Below are positions 13,946 to 23,269 of a stretch of 32,000 bases of DNA, piece after piece; position 1 is the first letter of the stretch, and the number at the start of each line of letters is the position of its first letter. Below the pieces are notes generated by a model that saw nothing but the letters and a program-made list of their open reading frames with translations, was not told where the DNA came from and did no database searches. A program made the translations under genes and the position numbers. This DNA is from an uncultured Erysipelotrichaceae bacterium (lineage in GTDB: Bacteria > Bacillota_I > Bacilli_A > Erysipelotrichales > Erysipelotrichaceae): NCBI GenBank assembly GCA_942492995.1, contig OW818653.1, positions 1,290,001-1,322,000 of the forward strand, written 5' to 3'.

Positions 13946-15328
13946 TTAATCATCTAATACAACTAATTTTTCTTCATGCGTATGAGCTAAATTTTTAACC
14001 CATTTCTCTTTTCGAACTAAACTATAAGCAACGATTAGTTTTAAGAAATCTGTAGACTGACCAACCAAATAAATCGCAAAGACATTCCATCCTGTTAAGT
14101 AAGTTACTAACCCAACAGCCGGTAAATTAACCGTCCACATAAATACAGAATCCATAAGTAATGTAGACTTCGTATCTCCACCTGCTCTTAAAATAAAGAA
14201 ACATTGTGCATTAGACATATAGATCCAGAACATTACTGACATGATACGTAAGAATGTAGCCGCTGTTTCACGACTATAATCCGTCACATTATAGAAATTT
14301 GGTGCAACATAACTAAACGCAAACATTAGAATTCCTAATGCAATTGATAACATAACTGAGAAACGAATCATATTATACGCATTATTACGAGCCTCATCTA
14401 GTTTATTAGCACCTAACACTTGCGACACAACAACCGTCGTCGCAACGGCCATACCACCAAATAGGGTAAAGAATAAATCCGCAACAGAACCAGAGATCGA
14501 CATCCCTGCCATAACCTCAGTTCCACGCGTACTATAGAACATAAATAGAATACTCATACCACTTGACCATAATATTTCATTAATCGTCAAAGGTACTGCT
14601 TTAATTGTAATAGCCTTAGCTAATTTTCTTGATATTTTAAACAAATCTTTTACAGCCGTCTTAAACATGAAATCCATACGCTTTGAAACAACTAAGAATA
14701 TGATAACTTCCACAATACGCGCAATAATCGTCGCATACGCAGCTCCCGCTACACCTAAAGCTGGAAACCCTAGATGACCAAAGATCATAATGTAGTTAAA
14801 GAATGCATTTGTAAAAATCGCAACGATTGAAGAATATAACGGAACCTTAGTTTCACCTAAAGAACGCATCGCATTACCAATTGTCATCGATAATGCCATG
14901 GGAATGTAAGTAAGAATCGCAATACGTAAATAATCTGAACCCATCTTTATAACTTCAAGATCTCTTGTAAAGAAACTTAAGATTTGATTAGGATAAATAA
15001 ATCCCAACAAAACAAATGGTGCAATTATTACATAAGCACTAATGATCCCATATCTAAATGTTTGTTTTACATGCTCTTTATCATTAGCCCCAAAGTATTG
15101 AGCTAAGAATATAGACATTGCACCACCAACTCCAAATATTCCAAAGTTCGCAATCATATAAAAACGATTCGCAGCCGCAACTCCCGCAATAGCCGCGTCT
15201 CCTAATTGCCCAACCATTAAGTTATCTAATAAGTTAACAGAGGAAGTAATTAATTGTTGAAGCATAAAAGGAACCGCGATTACGAGTACGCTGATATAAA
15301 ACTGTTTGTTTTCTTTTAATTTCAACAT
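13946..15328 (-). CDS. MATE-family efflux transporter
   Basis: 12-TM ORF with MatE-type N-terminus (FMLQQLITSSVNLLDNLMVGQLGDAAIAGVAAANR). The ATG at 15328 (MLKLKENK) follows AAGGAGG; the track start at 15349 has no SD. Confidence 0.88.
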   Translation of the reverse strand: MLKLKENKQFYISVLVIAVPFMLQQLITSSVNLLDNLMVGQLGDAAIAGVAAANRFYMIANFGIFGVGGAMSIFLAQYFGANDKEHVKQTFRYGIISAYVIIAPFVLLGFIYPNQILSFFTRDLEVIKMGSDYLRIAILTYIPMALSMTIGNAMRSLGETKVPLYSSIVAIFTNAFFNYIMIFGHLGFPALGVAGAAYATIIARIVEVIIFLVVSKRMDFMFKTAVKDLFKISRKLAKAITIKAVPLTINEILWSSGMSILFMFYSTRGTEVMAGMSISGSVADLFFTLFGGMAVATTVVVSQVLGANKLDEARNNAYNMIRFSVMLSIALGILMFAFSYVAPNFYNVTDYSRETAATFLRIMSVMFWIYMSNAQCFFILRAGGDTKSTLLMDSVFMWTVNLPAVGLVTYLTGWNVFAIYLVGQSTDFLKLIVAYSLVRKEKWVKNLAHTHEEKLVVLDD

Positions 15329-15342
15329 AATTTCCTCCTTAT

Positions 15343-15369
15343 ATAACAAAAGCCACTCAAGAGTGGCTT
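15343..15369 (-). terminator. Hairpin/terminator between tRNA-Ala and the MATE gene
   Basis: AAGCCACT (15350-15357), loop CAAG, AGTGGCTT (15362-15369), then TTTGTT on the minus strand. It ends only ~4 nt before the MATE SD. Confidence 0.65.
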
Positions 15370-15380
15370 ATTTGTTAATT

Positions 15381-15456
15381 TGGTGGAGCTTATCGGGCTC
15401 GAACCGATGACCCCCTGCGTGCAAGGCAGGTGCTCTCCCAACTGAGCTAAAACCCC
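15381..15456 (-). tRNA. tRNA-Ala (anticodon UGC), CCA encoded
   Basis: RC is GGGGTTT-TA-GCTC-AGTTGGGA-GAGC-A-CCTGC-CTTGCAC-GCAGG-GGGTC-ATCGG-TTCGAGC-CCGAT-AAGCTCC-A-CCA. The G3:U70 Ala identity pair is present. Confidence 0.93.
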
Positions 15457-15466
15457 AAACTATCGA

Positions 15467-15543
<77 letters not shown>

Positions 15544-15565
15544 ATTCCACAATCGATGCCATATA

Positions 15566-15594
15566 AATATAACAAAACTAATCTAGTCTGTCAA
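15566..15594 (-). promoter_or_regulatory. Sigma-A promoter for tRNA-Ile/tRNA-Ala (TTGACA-17-TATATT)
   Basis: RC of 15589-15594 is TTGACA and RC of 15566-15571 is TATATT, with a 17-nt spacer. Confidence 0.7.
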
Positions 15595-15676
15595 TAACAT
15601 TTCGCTACTAAAAACGAAGTAATTTAACTATTTTTTTAATTGTGAAAGAACGTCATTTCTTCTAAAATATTCGACA

Positions 15677-16696
15677 TTAAGATACACCAGATTCTAAGAT
15701 TGAAAATGTTTTATATTCACAATTAACTTCAGCTAATACACCATATGGTATAACATGCATTGGTTCGTTATGTCCAAAACACATATCAAGCATAATAGGA
15801 CATTCAATATTAAATTCCTGAACAACCTTTTTAATCACTTCGCGATACTCTTCTTTATATTTCTCTTCGCATGGTTTCCCAAAGAGAATTGCCTTAGCGC
15901 TTGTAAGTATACCTGTAATCGCATAATTTCTTAGCCAATATAACACTTGATCTGGATGTGGCATTTCTTCTGACGTTTCAAAGAAGAGTATTGTATCATC
16001 ATTTAATTCTGGCCACAGTATTGTACCTTTCGCAAATTCTAGTACTTCGATACATCCACCAAACAATTTTCCTTTTACAACTCCATTCCCTTTAAGTAAT
16101 TCATATCCTGTATGTGGAATCATTGTTTTTTGTATGTCTTTATTTTCCTCTAGCCACTTTATCCTCTCAGATGTCCAGGAAGAGGATGGTTTAATTTCTC
16201 CTATTATGTCTTGATTAAATAATGTCTTACGAATGGATTCATTTGTATAATCGAATATCTTAATATTCTCCGCAAACTCAGCTAAAATAGATGGTCCATA
16301 ATAACTGATTAATCCTGCTTTATAACACATTAAGTGAGTAATGGTAGAATCAGAATACCCAATAAATATCTTAGGATTATTGCGGATTACATCAAAATCG
16401 ATATAAGGAAGTAAACGAATACTATCATCTCCTCCAATACACGAGAAAACACCCTTTATTTCAGGGTTCCTAAACGCATCCATTAAATCCTTTGCACGAA
16501 GCTCTGGATGATTATAAACAAATTCTGTGCCTTTTAACGTATGTTCCATTTCAATAACTTTAAGTCCATACTCAGATTCTAAGCGCTTCTTCCCCACCTG
16601 ATATCGCCACAGGATCTCCGTATCGCCAGCTCCTCCCCAAGATAAGCTAACTGTCGCCACACAATCTCCAGGTTTTAACATTCTAGGTTTTATCAT
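15677..16696 (-). CDS. S66-family serine peptidase (LD-carboxypeptidase / MccF-like)
   Basis: 339 aa. Nucleophile motif IGYSDSTITH, acidic ETSEE, C-terminal FGHNEP histidine motif. The length fits the MccF-like subgroup. Confidence 0.82.
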   Translation of the reverse strand: MIKPRMLKPGDCVATVSLSWGGAGDTEILWRYQVGKKRLESEYGLKVIEMEHTLKGTEFVYNHPELRAKDLMDAFRNPEIKGVFSCIGGDDSIRLLPYIDFDVIRNNPKIFIGYSDSTITHLMCYKAGLISYYGPSILAEFAENIKIFDYTNESIRKTLFNQDIIGEIKPSSSWTSERIKWLEENKDIQKTMIPHTGYELLKGNGVVKGKLFGGCIEVLEFAKGTILWPELNDDTILFFETSEEMPHPDQVLYWLRNYAITGILTSAKAILFGKPCEEKYKEEYREVIKKVVQEFNIECPIMLDMCFGHNEPMHVIPYGVLAEVNCEYKTFSILESGVS

Positions 16697-17298
16697 ACTT
16701 TTTTCCTCGCATGGATATAAAACAAACGATATGGAATATCTATCCCGTTTACGCGTTTTACATCAGTTAATGCTGTCCCAACGCCCATAATCTCAAAATC
16801 AACATTCTTTAATATTTCACAAAACTCATCACGATCAAATCCATTATGACCTTCAAAATCTAGTTCATCTTTATGAAAGCTACCATCTTCTTTATCTAGA
16901 TCAACTATAAATAATTCACCTTTAGATGTTAATACCTTCGAAAGTTCACTTAGCTGTGATTTTATATCAAGTATATGATGAAATACCATTGAGCTTATTA
17001 CACAGTCTATCTGATTCGTATAAGCTAGTAAATTAGTTGTGCTTATAACATTGTTTGTATTTAATTCGCCTATTTTCCGATTGAATATGTCTAACATCCC
17101 ATTTGACGTATCATATCCAATTATAGATTTTACCAATGGATATAGACTAAAACTAATTAATCCTGTTCCACACCCAAACTCTAAAACATTCATTTCTGAA
17201 TGTAACTTTACTTTTTCATTTATGAAATCAGAGATTACTTTCGCTCGTTTAACACGTCTATCAGTATCCCATTTAAGAGCAAAATCGTTAAAATTCAT
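16693..17298 (-). CDS. Class I SAM-dependent methyltransferase
   Basis: 201 aa. Motif I VLEFGCGTGLIS, post-I acidic GYD, motif II/III region CVISSMVFHH...GELFIVD. Its TGA overlaps the peptidase ATG (ATGA). Confidence 0.82.
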   Translation of the reverse strand: MNFNDFALKWDTDRRVKRAKVISDFINEKVKLHSEMNVLEFGCGTGLISFSLYPLVKSIIGYDTSNGMLDIFNRKIGELNTNNVISTTNLLAYTNQIDCVISSMVFHHILDIKSQLSELSKVLTSKGELFIVDLDKEDGSFHKDELDFEGHNGFDRDEFCEILKNVDFEIMGVGTALTDVKRVNGIDIPYRLFYIHARKKV

Positions 17299-17351
17299 TT
17301 TGAAACCCTTTTAAATACTAATTCTTAAGTATTCATTTCCTTATTATTATA

Positions 17352-17771
17352 TTAACTAAAATCAAGTTGAAGTAATAGTCCTGTTATATTCTTATCTTTA
17401 TCAAACGCTATTGTATAGATAACGATTCCTTTTTCATATTTCATGCGTACATAAGCCGCCCCAATCGGTTCTTCATTTAAAGGATTCTTTGATTCATTGA
17501 ATTCAACACTAATTAGTCGTTCATATACACCAGCACCATTTAATACACTATCAACATACGTTTCATAGTTTTCAACAGTAACGGATTGTTTATACTTCTC
17601 TAGAAACAAATCATATGCGTATTGAACATCTCCATCATTAATCTTTAACGCAATTTCTTCCGCATATTCACTTATTTCAACTTCATCAAACACTTTCACT
17701 TCTTTTTCCATACATGCAACTAAAAAAATAAGACAAAAAGATACAATCATACGTTTAATTATCGTTTGCAT
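17352..17771 (-). CDS. Small lipoprotein, DUF3887-like
   Basis: 139 aa. Signal peptide plus lipobox (IFLVAC). Distant paralogue of ORF 19005-19403 with a shared layout (...Y..F....V.VE....G......K.P......Y.I.F.K...I.G). Confidence 0.7.
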   Translation of the reverse strand: MQTIIKRMIVSFCLIFLVACMEKEVKVFDEVEISEYAEEIALKINDGDVQYAYDLFLEKYKQSVTVENYETYVDSVLNGAGVYERLISVEFNESKNPLNEEPIGAAYVRMKYEKGIVIYTIAFDKDKNITGLLLQLDFS

Positions 17772-17792
17772 AGTTCCCCCGAATTTACATTA

Positions 17793-17821
17793 ATCATAAT
17801 TTACCGATTTTATTATGTCAA
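17793..17821 (-). promoter_or_regulatory. Sigma-A promoter for the DUF3887-like lipoprotein gene (TTGACA-17-TATGAT)
   Basis: RC of 17816-17821 is TTGACA and RC of 17793-17798 is TATGAT, with a 17-nt spacer. Confidence 0.65.
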
Positions 17822-17827
17822 ATTGAT

Positions 17828-17860
17828 AAAAAAAAGACCCAAGCAATGCTTGAATCTTTC
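17828..17860 (-). terminator. Rho-independent terminator after rpsI
   Basis: Imperfect hairpin centred on CAAGC-AAT-GCTTG (17836-17858), followed on the minus strand by T8 (RC of the A-run at 17828-17835). Confidence 0.7.
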
Positions 17861-17870
17861 CATAAACGAA

Positions 17871-18281
17871 TTAACGTTTTGAGAATTGTGGAGCTCTTCT
17901 TGCGCCTTTTAATCCGTACTTCTTACGTTCTTTAGCACGTGGATCACGTGTAACATAACCTGCAGCCTTTAAAGCTGGACGGTAATCAGCAGAGACTTCC
18001 ATAAGTGCTCTTGTAATACCATGACGCATAGCACCAGATTGACCAGTGTATCCGCCACCTTGAACATTGATTTTAACATCAAATGAAGCAAGAGTTTCAG
18101 TAAGTTGTAACGGTGAACGTACAACCATTCTTAGTGTTTCAAGTGGTAGGTATTCGTCCAAGGTTTTATCATTTACTGAAATGATACCTGTACCTGGAGT
18201 TAAATATACACGAGCGACAGATGATTTACGACGTCCTGTACCTAAATAAGTAACGACGGCTTTCTTTTTCTTAGCGACCAT
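17871..18281 (-). CDS. rpsI: 30S ribosomal protein S9
   Basis: [14 protein letters not shown]...[19 protein letters not shown]...[36 protein letters not shown]. Confidence 0.97.
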   Translation of the reverse strand: MVAKKKKAVVTYLGTGRRKSSVARVYLTPGTGIISVNDKTLDEYLPLETLRMVVRSPLQLTETLASFDVKINVQGGGYTGQSGAMRHGITRALMEVSADYRPALKAAGYVTRDPRAKERKKYGLKGARRAPQFSKR

Positions 18282-18289
18282 GTTTCCTC

Positions 18290-18727
18290 CTATCCCTTAA
18301 TTTTTAGTTCAATTGGTTGTTGTGCCAAGTGAGGGTGCTCTGCACCTTTGTAAACAAATACATGTCTACGTTGTTTGTTACCTAAACGTGTATGAGGTAA
18401 CATGCCGTGTACGGCTTTTTCTACCCATTCAACAGTGTAGTTTTGACGCATAACTCTGGTAGAACGTACGCGTAATCCACCTGCAAATTGCGAATGACTA
18501 TAGTAATTTTTCTTTTCGTCTTGATCTCCGGTGACGACAATTTTGTCCGCATTAATAATGATTACAAAATCTCCCGTGTCAACGTTAGGTGTGTAAGTAG
18601 GTAAGTGTTTACCTCTTAATACTGTAGCAACTTGAGATGCTAAGCGTCCTAATGTTAAACCTGTTCCATCAACGATATACCATTGACGAACAACTTCATT
18701 TGGTTTTGCCATGGTTGTCTGGCGCAT
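18290..18727 (-). CDS. rplM: 50S ribosomal protein L13
   Basis: [21 protein letters not shown]...[16 protein letters not shown]. The ATG at 18727 follows AGGAGG; the track start at 18748 lies inside the leader hairpin. Confidence 0.96.
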   Translation of the reverse strand: MRQTTMAKPNEVVRQWYIVDGTGLTLGRLASQVATVLRGKHLPTYTPNVDTGDFVIIINADKIVVTGDQDEKKNYYSHSQFAGGLRVRSTRVMRQNYTVEWVEKAVHGMLPHTRLGNKQRRHVFVYKGAEHPHLAQQPIELKIKG

Positions 18728-18784
18728 AATGAATTTCCTCCTAACCAATTGTAGTTTCCGGGGCTACATTGGCATAAAGTGCCG
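18728..18784 (-). promoter_or_regulatory. Structured rplM 5' leader (candidate L13 autoregulatory leader)
   Basis: Transcript reads CGGCACUUUAUGCC-AAUGUAG-CCCCGGAAA-CUACAAUUGG-UUAGGAGG. There is a small GGCA/UGCC hairpin, then a 9-bp stem (CCAAUGUAG / CUACA-AUUGG, one bulged A) abutting the SD. Confidence 0.45.
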
Positions 18785-18790
18785 ATTGTT

Positions 18791-18819
18791 ATTATAGTCT
18801 TAAACCTCTTAAGTGTCAA
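18791..18819 (-). promoter_or_regulatory. Consensus sigma-A promoter of rplM-rpsI (TTGACA-17-TATAAT)
   Basis: RC of 18814-18819 is TTGACA and RC of 18791-18796 is TATAAT, with an exact 17-nt spacer. Confidence 0.8.
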
Positions 18820-18934
18820 GGTATATTACTTAACATTCAAGTCGTTTATATCTATTTCGCAAAAGACACACAACACCATTCAATATTCCGTTTTTACTTG
18901 TTTAGTATACCACAAAGCTTAGGCAAAAAATGCT

Positions 18935-18968
18935 TAAAAAAACAAACAATATTTTATTGATTGTTTGT
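18935..18968 (-). terminator. Rho-independent terminator after the 19005-19403 lipoprotein gene
   Basis: ACAAACAAT (18942-18950), 9-nt loop, ATTGTTTGT (18960-18968), then T7 on the minus strand. Confidence 0.75.
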
Positions 18969-19004
18969 ATTAAAATAAGTCATTTATTATCTTTTTATAT
19001 CGTA

Positions 19005-19403
19005 TTATTTAATATAAAACCCAACAATCTCAAGTGATTTAGTAAAACTAATTGTATAAGTTGATTTACCATCTTCATGTTCAGATACGATGATAACCAC
19101 TGCATAAAGTTCAGAAGTACTTGGATCTTTTGTATCGGTTATTGCGATTTGACTAATCTCTTTAAAATCTCCAATAACTGCTAATTTATCAGATATAATT
19201 TTATCTAATTCTTCAACTGAAACCATGGTTTGGATATCAGATCTAAACATCGCATAAACTTCATCAAGTTGATTACTATTGAGTAAAGTGACAATCGATT
19301 CAGCTTTTTGGTTTAATGTTTTTTCTTCAAATCCTTCTGGTACATTATTAGAGCTACACCCAACTAACATAAACAAACTAATTATTAATAAGATGCGTTT
19401 CAT
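19005..19403 (-). CDS. Small lipoprotein, DUF3887-like
   Basis: The ATG at 19403 (MKRILLIISLFMLVGCSSNN, lipobox LVGC) follows GGAGGAAAG. It overlaps the upstream YhfC-like gene by 26 nt. Confidence 0.75.
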   Translation of the reverse strand: MKRILLIISLFMLVGCSSNNVPEGFEEKTLNQKAESIVTLLNSNQLDEVYAMFRSDIQTMVSVEELDKIISDKLAVIGDFKEISQIAITDTKDPSTSELYAVVIIVSEHEDGKSTYTISFTKSLEIVGFYIK

Positions 19404-20070
19404 TTTCTTTCCTCCATTGTAGATAAACAGTAAATAGACCAATAAGCGCCATAATGATTAAAATACCTTCCACAGCCCACAGATTAACTCCATTCATCAT
19501 TAAATATACAGAGATGAAATTAACTAATGTATGCGCAACAATTGATATTATTACATTCCAACGTTTACCACGATAAACTGCTTGATAGACTAAAACTGAG
19601 AAAGTGATATGGATAATCATCGCACTTAAACGTTCTAATCCACTCATCCATAAACTTGCGGAATCGATAAGATTCGGATTTGTCATAATGAGAGCTATTC
19701 CAACAAAGAGTATTGCCTCTATTCCACCGTGTCCAATCCCAAATGCAATTGCGGTTTTTATATTTGCGTTCTTAATGAACAACTTCATCATAATATATCT
19801 TCCACATTCTTCAAATAATCCTGCAGTAAAGGATAAAAGGAACACATATAGAATAGGATATTGATAGGTAAAAAGAATATACCAGACTTGAGTAGGTAAA
19901 ACCTCTTGTATAAGATATACACGTGTAAATACTTGGAAAATTAAGAACGTTAAAACACCAATAAAAATTGGCTTAAAGAATGATTTAGATTTGATAATTA
20001 AAAATATACTAATTAGTATTGGCAATCCAATGGAGACAAGTAATGAAAATCCATACGCTAACGTGTTCAT
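19378..20070 (-). CDS. YhfC-family intramembrane metalloprotease-like protein
   Basis: 230 aa, ~7 TM. Motifs GLFEECGRY and GIGHGGIEA, plus a C-terminal H (VAHTLVN), as in the YhfC/CPBP-type families. Confidence 0.7.
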   Translation of the reverse strand: MNTLAYGFSLLVSIGLPILISIFLIIKSKSFFKPIFIGVLTFLIFQVFTRVYLIQEVLPTQVWYILFTYQYPILYVFLLSFTAGLFEECGRYIMMKLFIKNANIKTAIAFGIGHGGIEAILFVGIALIMTNPNLIDSASLWMSGLERLSAMIIHITFSVLVYQAVYRGKRWNVIISIVAHTLVNFISVYLMMNGVNLWAVEGILIIMALIGLFTVYLQWRKENETHLINN

Positions 20071-20093
20071 ATTTATCTATTTCCCAAGAAATA

Positions 20094-20882
20094 TTACTTA
20101 ATTTGGATATCTAATCCATCGATAATTGTTATACCAATCGATTGAAGAAATAGTTCCGCATTCTTTACTGAATTATAATCAAGTAAATCTTGAGGAGAAT
20201 GTGCATCAACGCCAATTATTACACTAGCCTTCTCTTCTGCCACAATCTTCCAAAATTGATTACTTGGATATGTCATCTTTAAATGACTAAAGTTGCGAAT
20301 ACCACCTAGATTATATTCTAATGCGACATTCATTTCTTTCGCACATTGAATAATTCTTCGTGACATATTCTCCACATCTTTATTCCATTCTTTTAGAGAA
20401 CGAACAAATAAATCTGGATGTGCAAAAATCTTAAATAAACCTGTTTTTAATCCATTAATTGAGTCCTCTTCATAATGGGTTAATAAATTAGCTGTATCAC
20501 TATAATTTCCATAATAATGTCCACGAACTTCAAATAGATGGAAATGATTTCCAAACACTAGATAATCCAGTGGTGTTTCGTTTAATAGATTTTTCATGAA
20601 ATCCATTCGATCTGCGTAATATTCTGCTTCGAGTCCTAGATTAATTTTGATTTTATTCGCATATTGTCTTTGAAGACGCTTAATAGATTGAACATAATCT
20701 GTAAATTCACTAATTTCCATGCGAATCATGTGATGTTCGATTGGTAATTTAGGCCATGGGGCATGATCAGAAAATCCTATCTCTGTTAATCCAGCTTCAA
20801 TCGCAGCTAATACATATTCTTCATCACTACCTTCCGCATGTTTACAGCGTGTAGTGTGTGTATGGTAATTTGTTTTTATCAT
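20094..20882 (-). CDS. PHP-domain phosphoesterase (HisJ-family histidinol-phosphatase-like)
   Basis: 262 aa. N-terminal NYHTHTTRCKHA metal motif, internal FSDH, C-terminal GVDAH. 4-nt overlap with truA. Confidence 0.8.
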   Translation of the reverse strand: MIKTNYHTHTTRCKHAEGSDEEYVLAAIEAGLTEIGFSDHAPWPKLPIEHHMIRMEISEFTDYVQSIKRLQRQYANKIKINLGLEAEYYADRMDFMKNLLNETPLDYLVFGNHFHLFEVRGHYYGNYSDTANLLTHYEEDSINGLKTGLFKIFAHPDLFVRSLKEWNKDVENMSRRIIQCAKEMNVALEYNLGGIRNFSHLKMTYPSNQFWKIVAEEKASVIIGVDAHSPQDLLDYNSVKNAELFLQSIGITIIDGLDIQIK

Positions 20883-21640
20883 GCTTCATCCTCTTTATAA
20901 TGCACTTCCATTAAGTAAAGTCCACATGCATCAATAATACCACTGTAAGCTCGTTTGTCTCGCTTTTCTAATATCGTCTGAACTTCTTTGACAGTTACTT
21001 TACCTAAGCCAACATCTACTAAAATCGCTACTAACATTCTTACCATGTAACGTAAAAAACCATCACCGATTAAGATGAATCTAATTTGTTCTTCCTCATC
21101 AATGCATTCAAAATGCATGATCGTACGTACTTGATTTGGCATTTCTTCTTTTGTGTTTGAACAGAAACTAGAAAAATCATGCGTACCAACCAATATACTA
21201 ATTGCTTGATTTATCGCATTATAGTTTAGTTTCTTTGTAAGACTTAAATGTGTTTGATAACTAAAAGGGTTTGTTTCCTCTTTAGAAATCAAATAATCAT
21301 AACGTTTTGAAACAACACTAAATCGAGCATGAAATTGTGAATGCACAAATTGAGCATCAAGTATTTTAATATCTTTAGGTAATTGACTATTAATCGCTAC
21401 TACCCAACGTTCTTCACTTAATGTTAAGTCTGTATCAAAGTGGAAACATTGGCCAAACGCATGCACACCTGCATCTGTTCTACCTGATCCAACAATCTTT
21501 ATAGGATGATGATGCATACGACCTAGTACATTTTGAATTGTGGATTGAATGGATGGTTTATTGTCTTGGACTTGCCAACCAGAATAATGTGCACCATGAT
21601 ACATCACGGTACATAATACTCTTTTTAAAGACTTATCCAT
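20879..21640 (-). CDS. truA: tRNA pseudouridine(38-40) synthase
   Basis: GSGRTDAGVHA catalytic-Asp motif and FLRYMVRMLV motif. Sits in the conserved position after ecfT. Confidence 0.93.
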   Translation of the reverse strand: MDKSLKRVLCTVMYHGAHYSGWQVQDNKPSIQSTIQNVLGRMHHHPIKIVGSGRTDAGVHAFGQCFHFDTDLTLSEERWVVAINSQLPKDIKILDAQFVHSQFHARFSVVSKRYDYLISKEETNPFSYQTHLSLTKKLNYNAINQAISILVGTHDFSSFCSNTKEEMPNQVRTIMHFECIDEEEQIRFILIGDGFLRYMVRMLVAILVDVGLGKVTVKEVQTILEKRDKRAYSGIIDACGLYLMEVHYKEDEA

Positions 21641-22419
21641 ACAACACTTCCTAATATTACAATAACTGAACCCATCATAATCCAGTCTTTAGGTGTATGT
21701 TTAAGTTGTTTATAGCGCGTTCGTGTTGCGGAAGGTATATAACCTCTTGCTTCCATCGCATCGGCTAACTCTTCAGCTCTTTGGAAACTTGATACAAATA
21801 AAGGAACGATTAATGACAAAACAGCCATAATCTTTTCTTTAAATGAACCTTCTTTTAAATCTACTCCACGTGATGCTTGTGCCTTCATAATTCGATTTGT
21901 TTCATCGATTAGTGTCGGAATAAATCGTAATGCGATTGAAATCATCATTGCGATTTCATGCGCAGGAAAACCGAAACGTTTTAATGGACCGAATAAATCT
22001 TCGATTGCGAGTGTTAAATCTAATGGTTTAGTGCTTGCGGTAAGGATTGTTGTAACCATGATCATTAATAATAATCGTATTGTTATATATAGTGTTTGAA
22101 ATATCGCATCACTATATACTTTAAATCCAAATAAATCTACCAATACATATCCTGTTCTAAGAACGAGTGTATTTACGAAGGTTAAGAACACTAACATAAA
22201 TAACATTGGTTTCATTGCACGAATAATCATCGTAAAGTTTAGTTTTGCGAGTAATAAAGCAAATAATACAAATATACCAATAATTACATAACCGATATAA
22301 CCGGATGGGAAAAAGATTGCGACCATAAGAACAAGCATCGCAACAAGTTTAAATCTAGGATCCATTTTATGTACAATCGAATTTAAAGGTAGATAACGTC
22401 CTAACGCAATGTTATTCAT
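21625..22419 (-). CDS. ecfT: ECF transporter transmembrane (T) component
   Basis: 264-aa polytopic protein with EcfT coupling helices (ALRFIPTLIDE...AQASRG; AEELADAMEARGY). Confidence 0.92.
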   Translation of the reverse strand: MNNIALGRYLPLNSIVHKMDPRFKLVAMLVLMVAIFFPSGYIGYVIIGIFVLFALLLAKLNFTMIIRAMKPMLFMLVFLTFVNTLVLRTGYVLVDLFGFKVYSDAIFQTLYITIRLLLMIMVTTILTASTKPLDLTLAIEDLFGPLKRFGFPAHEIAMMISIALRFIPTLIDETNRIMKAQASRGVDLKEGSFKEKIMAVLSLIVPLFVSSFQRAEELADAMEARGYIPSATRTRYKQLKHTPKDWIMMGSVIVILGSVVWISL

Positions 22420-23269
22420 GTGATATCTCCTTCTTAATCGCTAATGCAAGTTCTTTAATATTTGAGATTTTCGATTCTAGATTGAATCCTTTTTCACGAA
22501 GTGCTTCCACAAATCTTAAACGTTGTGGTAATGCCATTTCGATATCAATGACTGAGTCTCCTTTAAAGAAGAAATCATTTACTTGTTGGTGTGTAATTAC
22601 TTCACCTTTTTTCATTACAATAACGTTATCGCAATAGTTTAAAACATGATCCATATCATGTGTAACAATTAATATTGTCTTTTTATATTTACGGTTTAGT
22701 TCCACAAATAATTCCATCATTGATTTAGCACCTTGTGGATCAAGACCTGCAGTAGGCTCATCAAGAACCAATACATCAGGATTAATTGCTAGAATACCAG
22801 CGATTGCGACTCTACGTTTTTGACCTCCTGAAATATCAAGCGGTGAACGTTCATAGAAGCTTTCATCAAGTCCAACCATTGTTAAAGCAGTCATTGATTT
22901 TTGACGCGCTTCTTCTTCACTAACTTTGAAGTTTAACGGACCAAACATAACATCCTTTAAGATGGTTTCTTCGAATAATTGATATTCAGGAAACTGGAAG
23001 ACTAAACCAACTTTTTGACGAAGTGATTTTAGATCCTTATTCTTTTGATTCGCTATAAGGGCACGATCTAATACAAAAACTGTACCTTCTGTAGGCAATA
23101 ATAATGCGTTTAAGTGTTGAACTAATGTGCTCTTCCCACTACCTGTTGGACCAATAATAGCTGTTATCTTATTTAATTCAATCGCTAGATCGATATTTTT
23201 TAAAGCTTCATATTGAAATGGAGTCTTTGGCGCATAAATATAATTTACTTTTTCAAAAGCAATTGGCAT
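22412..23269 (-). CDS. ecfA2: ECF transporter ATPase component A'
   Basis: Walker A GPTGSGKST, signature ISGGQKRRVAIAG, Walker B VLVLDEPT. Confidence 0.93.
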   Translation of the reverse strand: MPIAFEKVNYIYAPKTPFQYEALKNIDLAIELNKITAIIGPTGSGKSTLVQHLNALLLPTEGTVFVLDRALIANQKNKDLKSLRQKVGLVFQFPEYQLFEETILKDVMFGPLNFKVSEEEARQKSMTALTMVGLDESFYERSPLDISGGQKRRVAIAGILAINPDVLVLDEPTAGLDPQGAKSMMELFVELNRKYKKTILIVTHDMDHVLNYCDNVIVMKKGEVITHQQVNDFFFKGDSVIDIEMALPQRLRFVEALREKGFNLESKISNIKELALAIKKEISHE

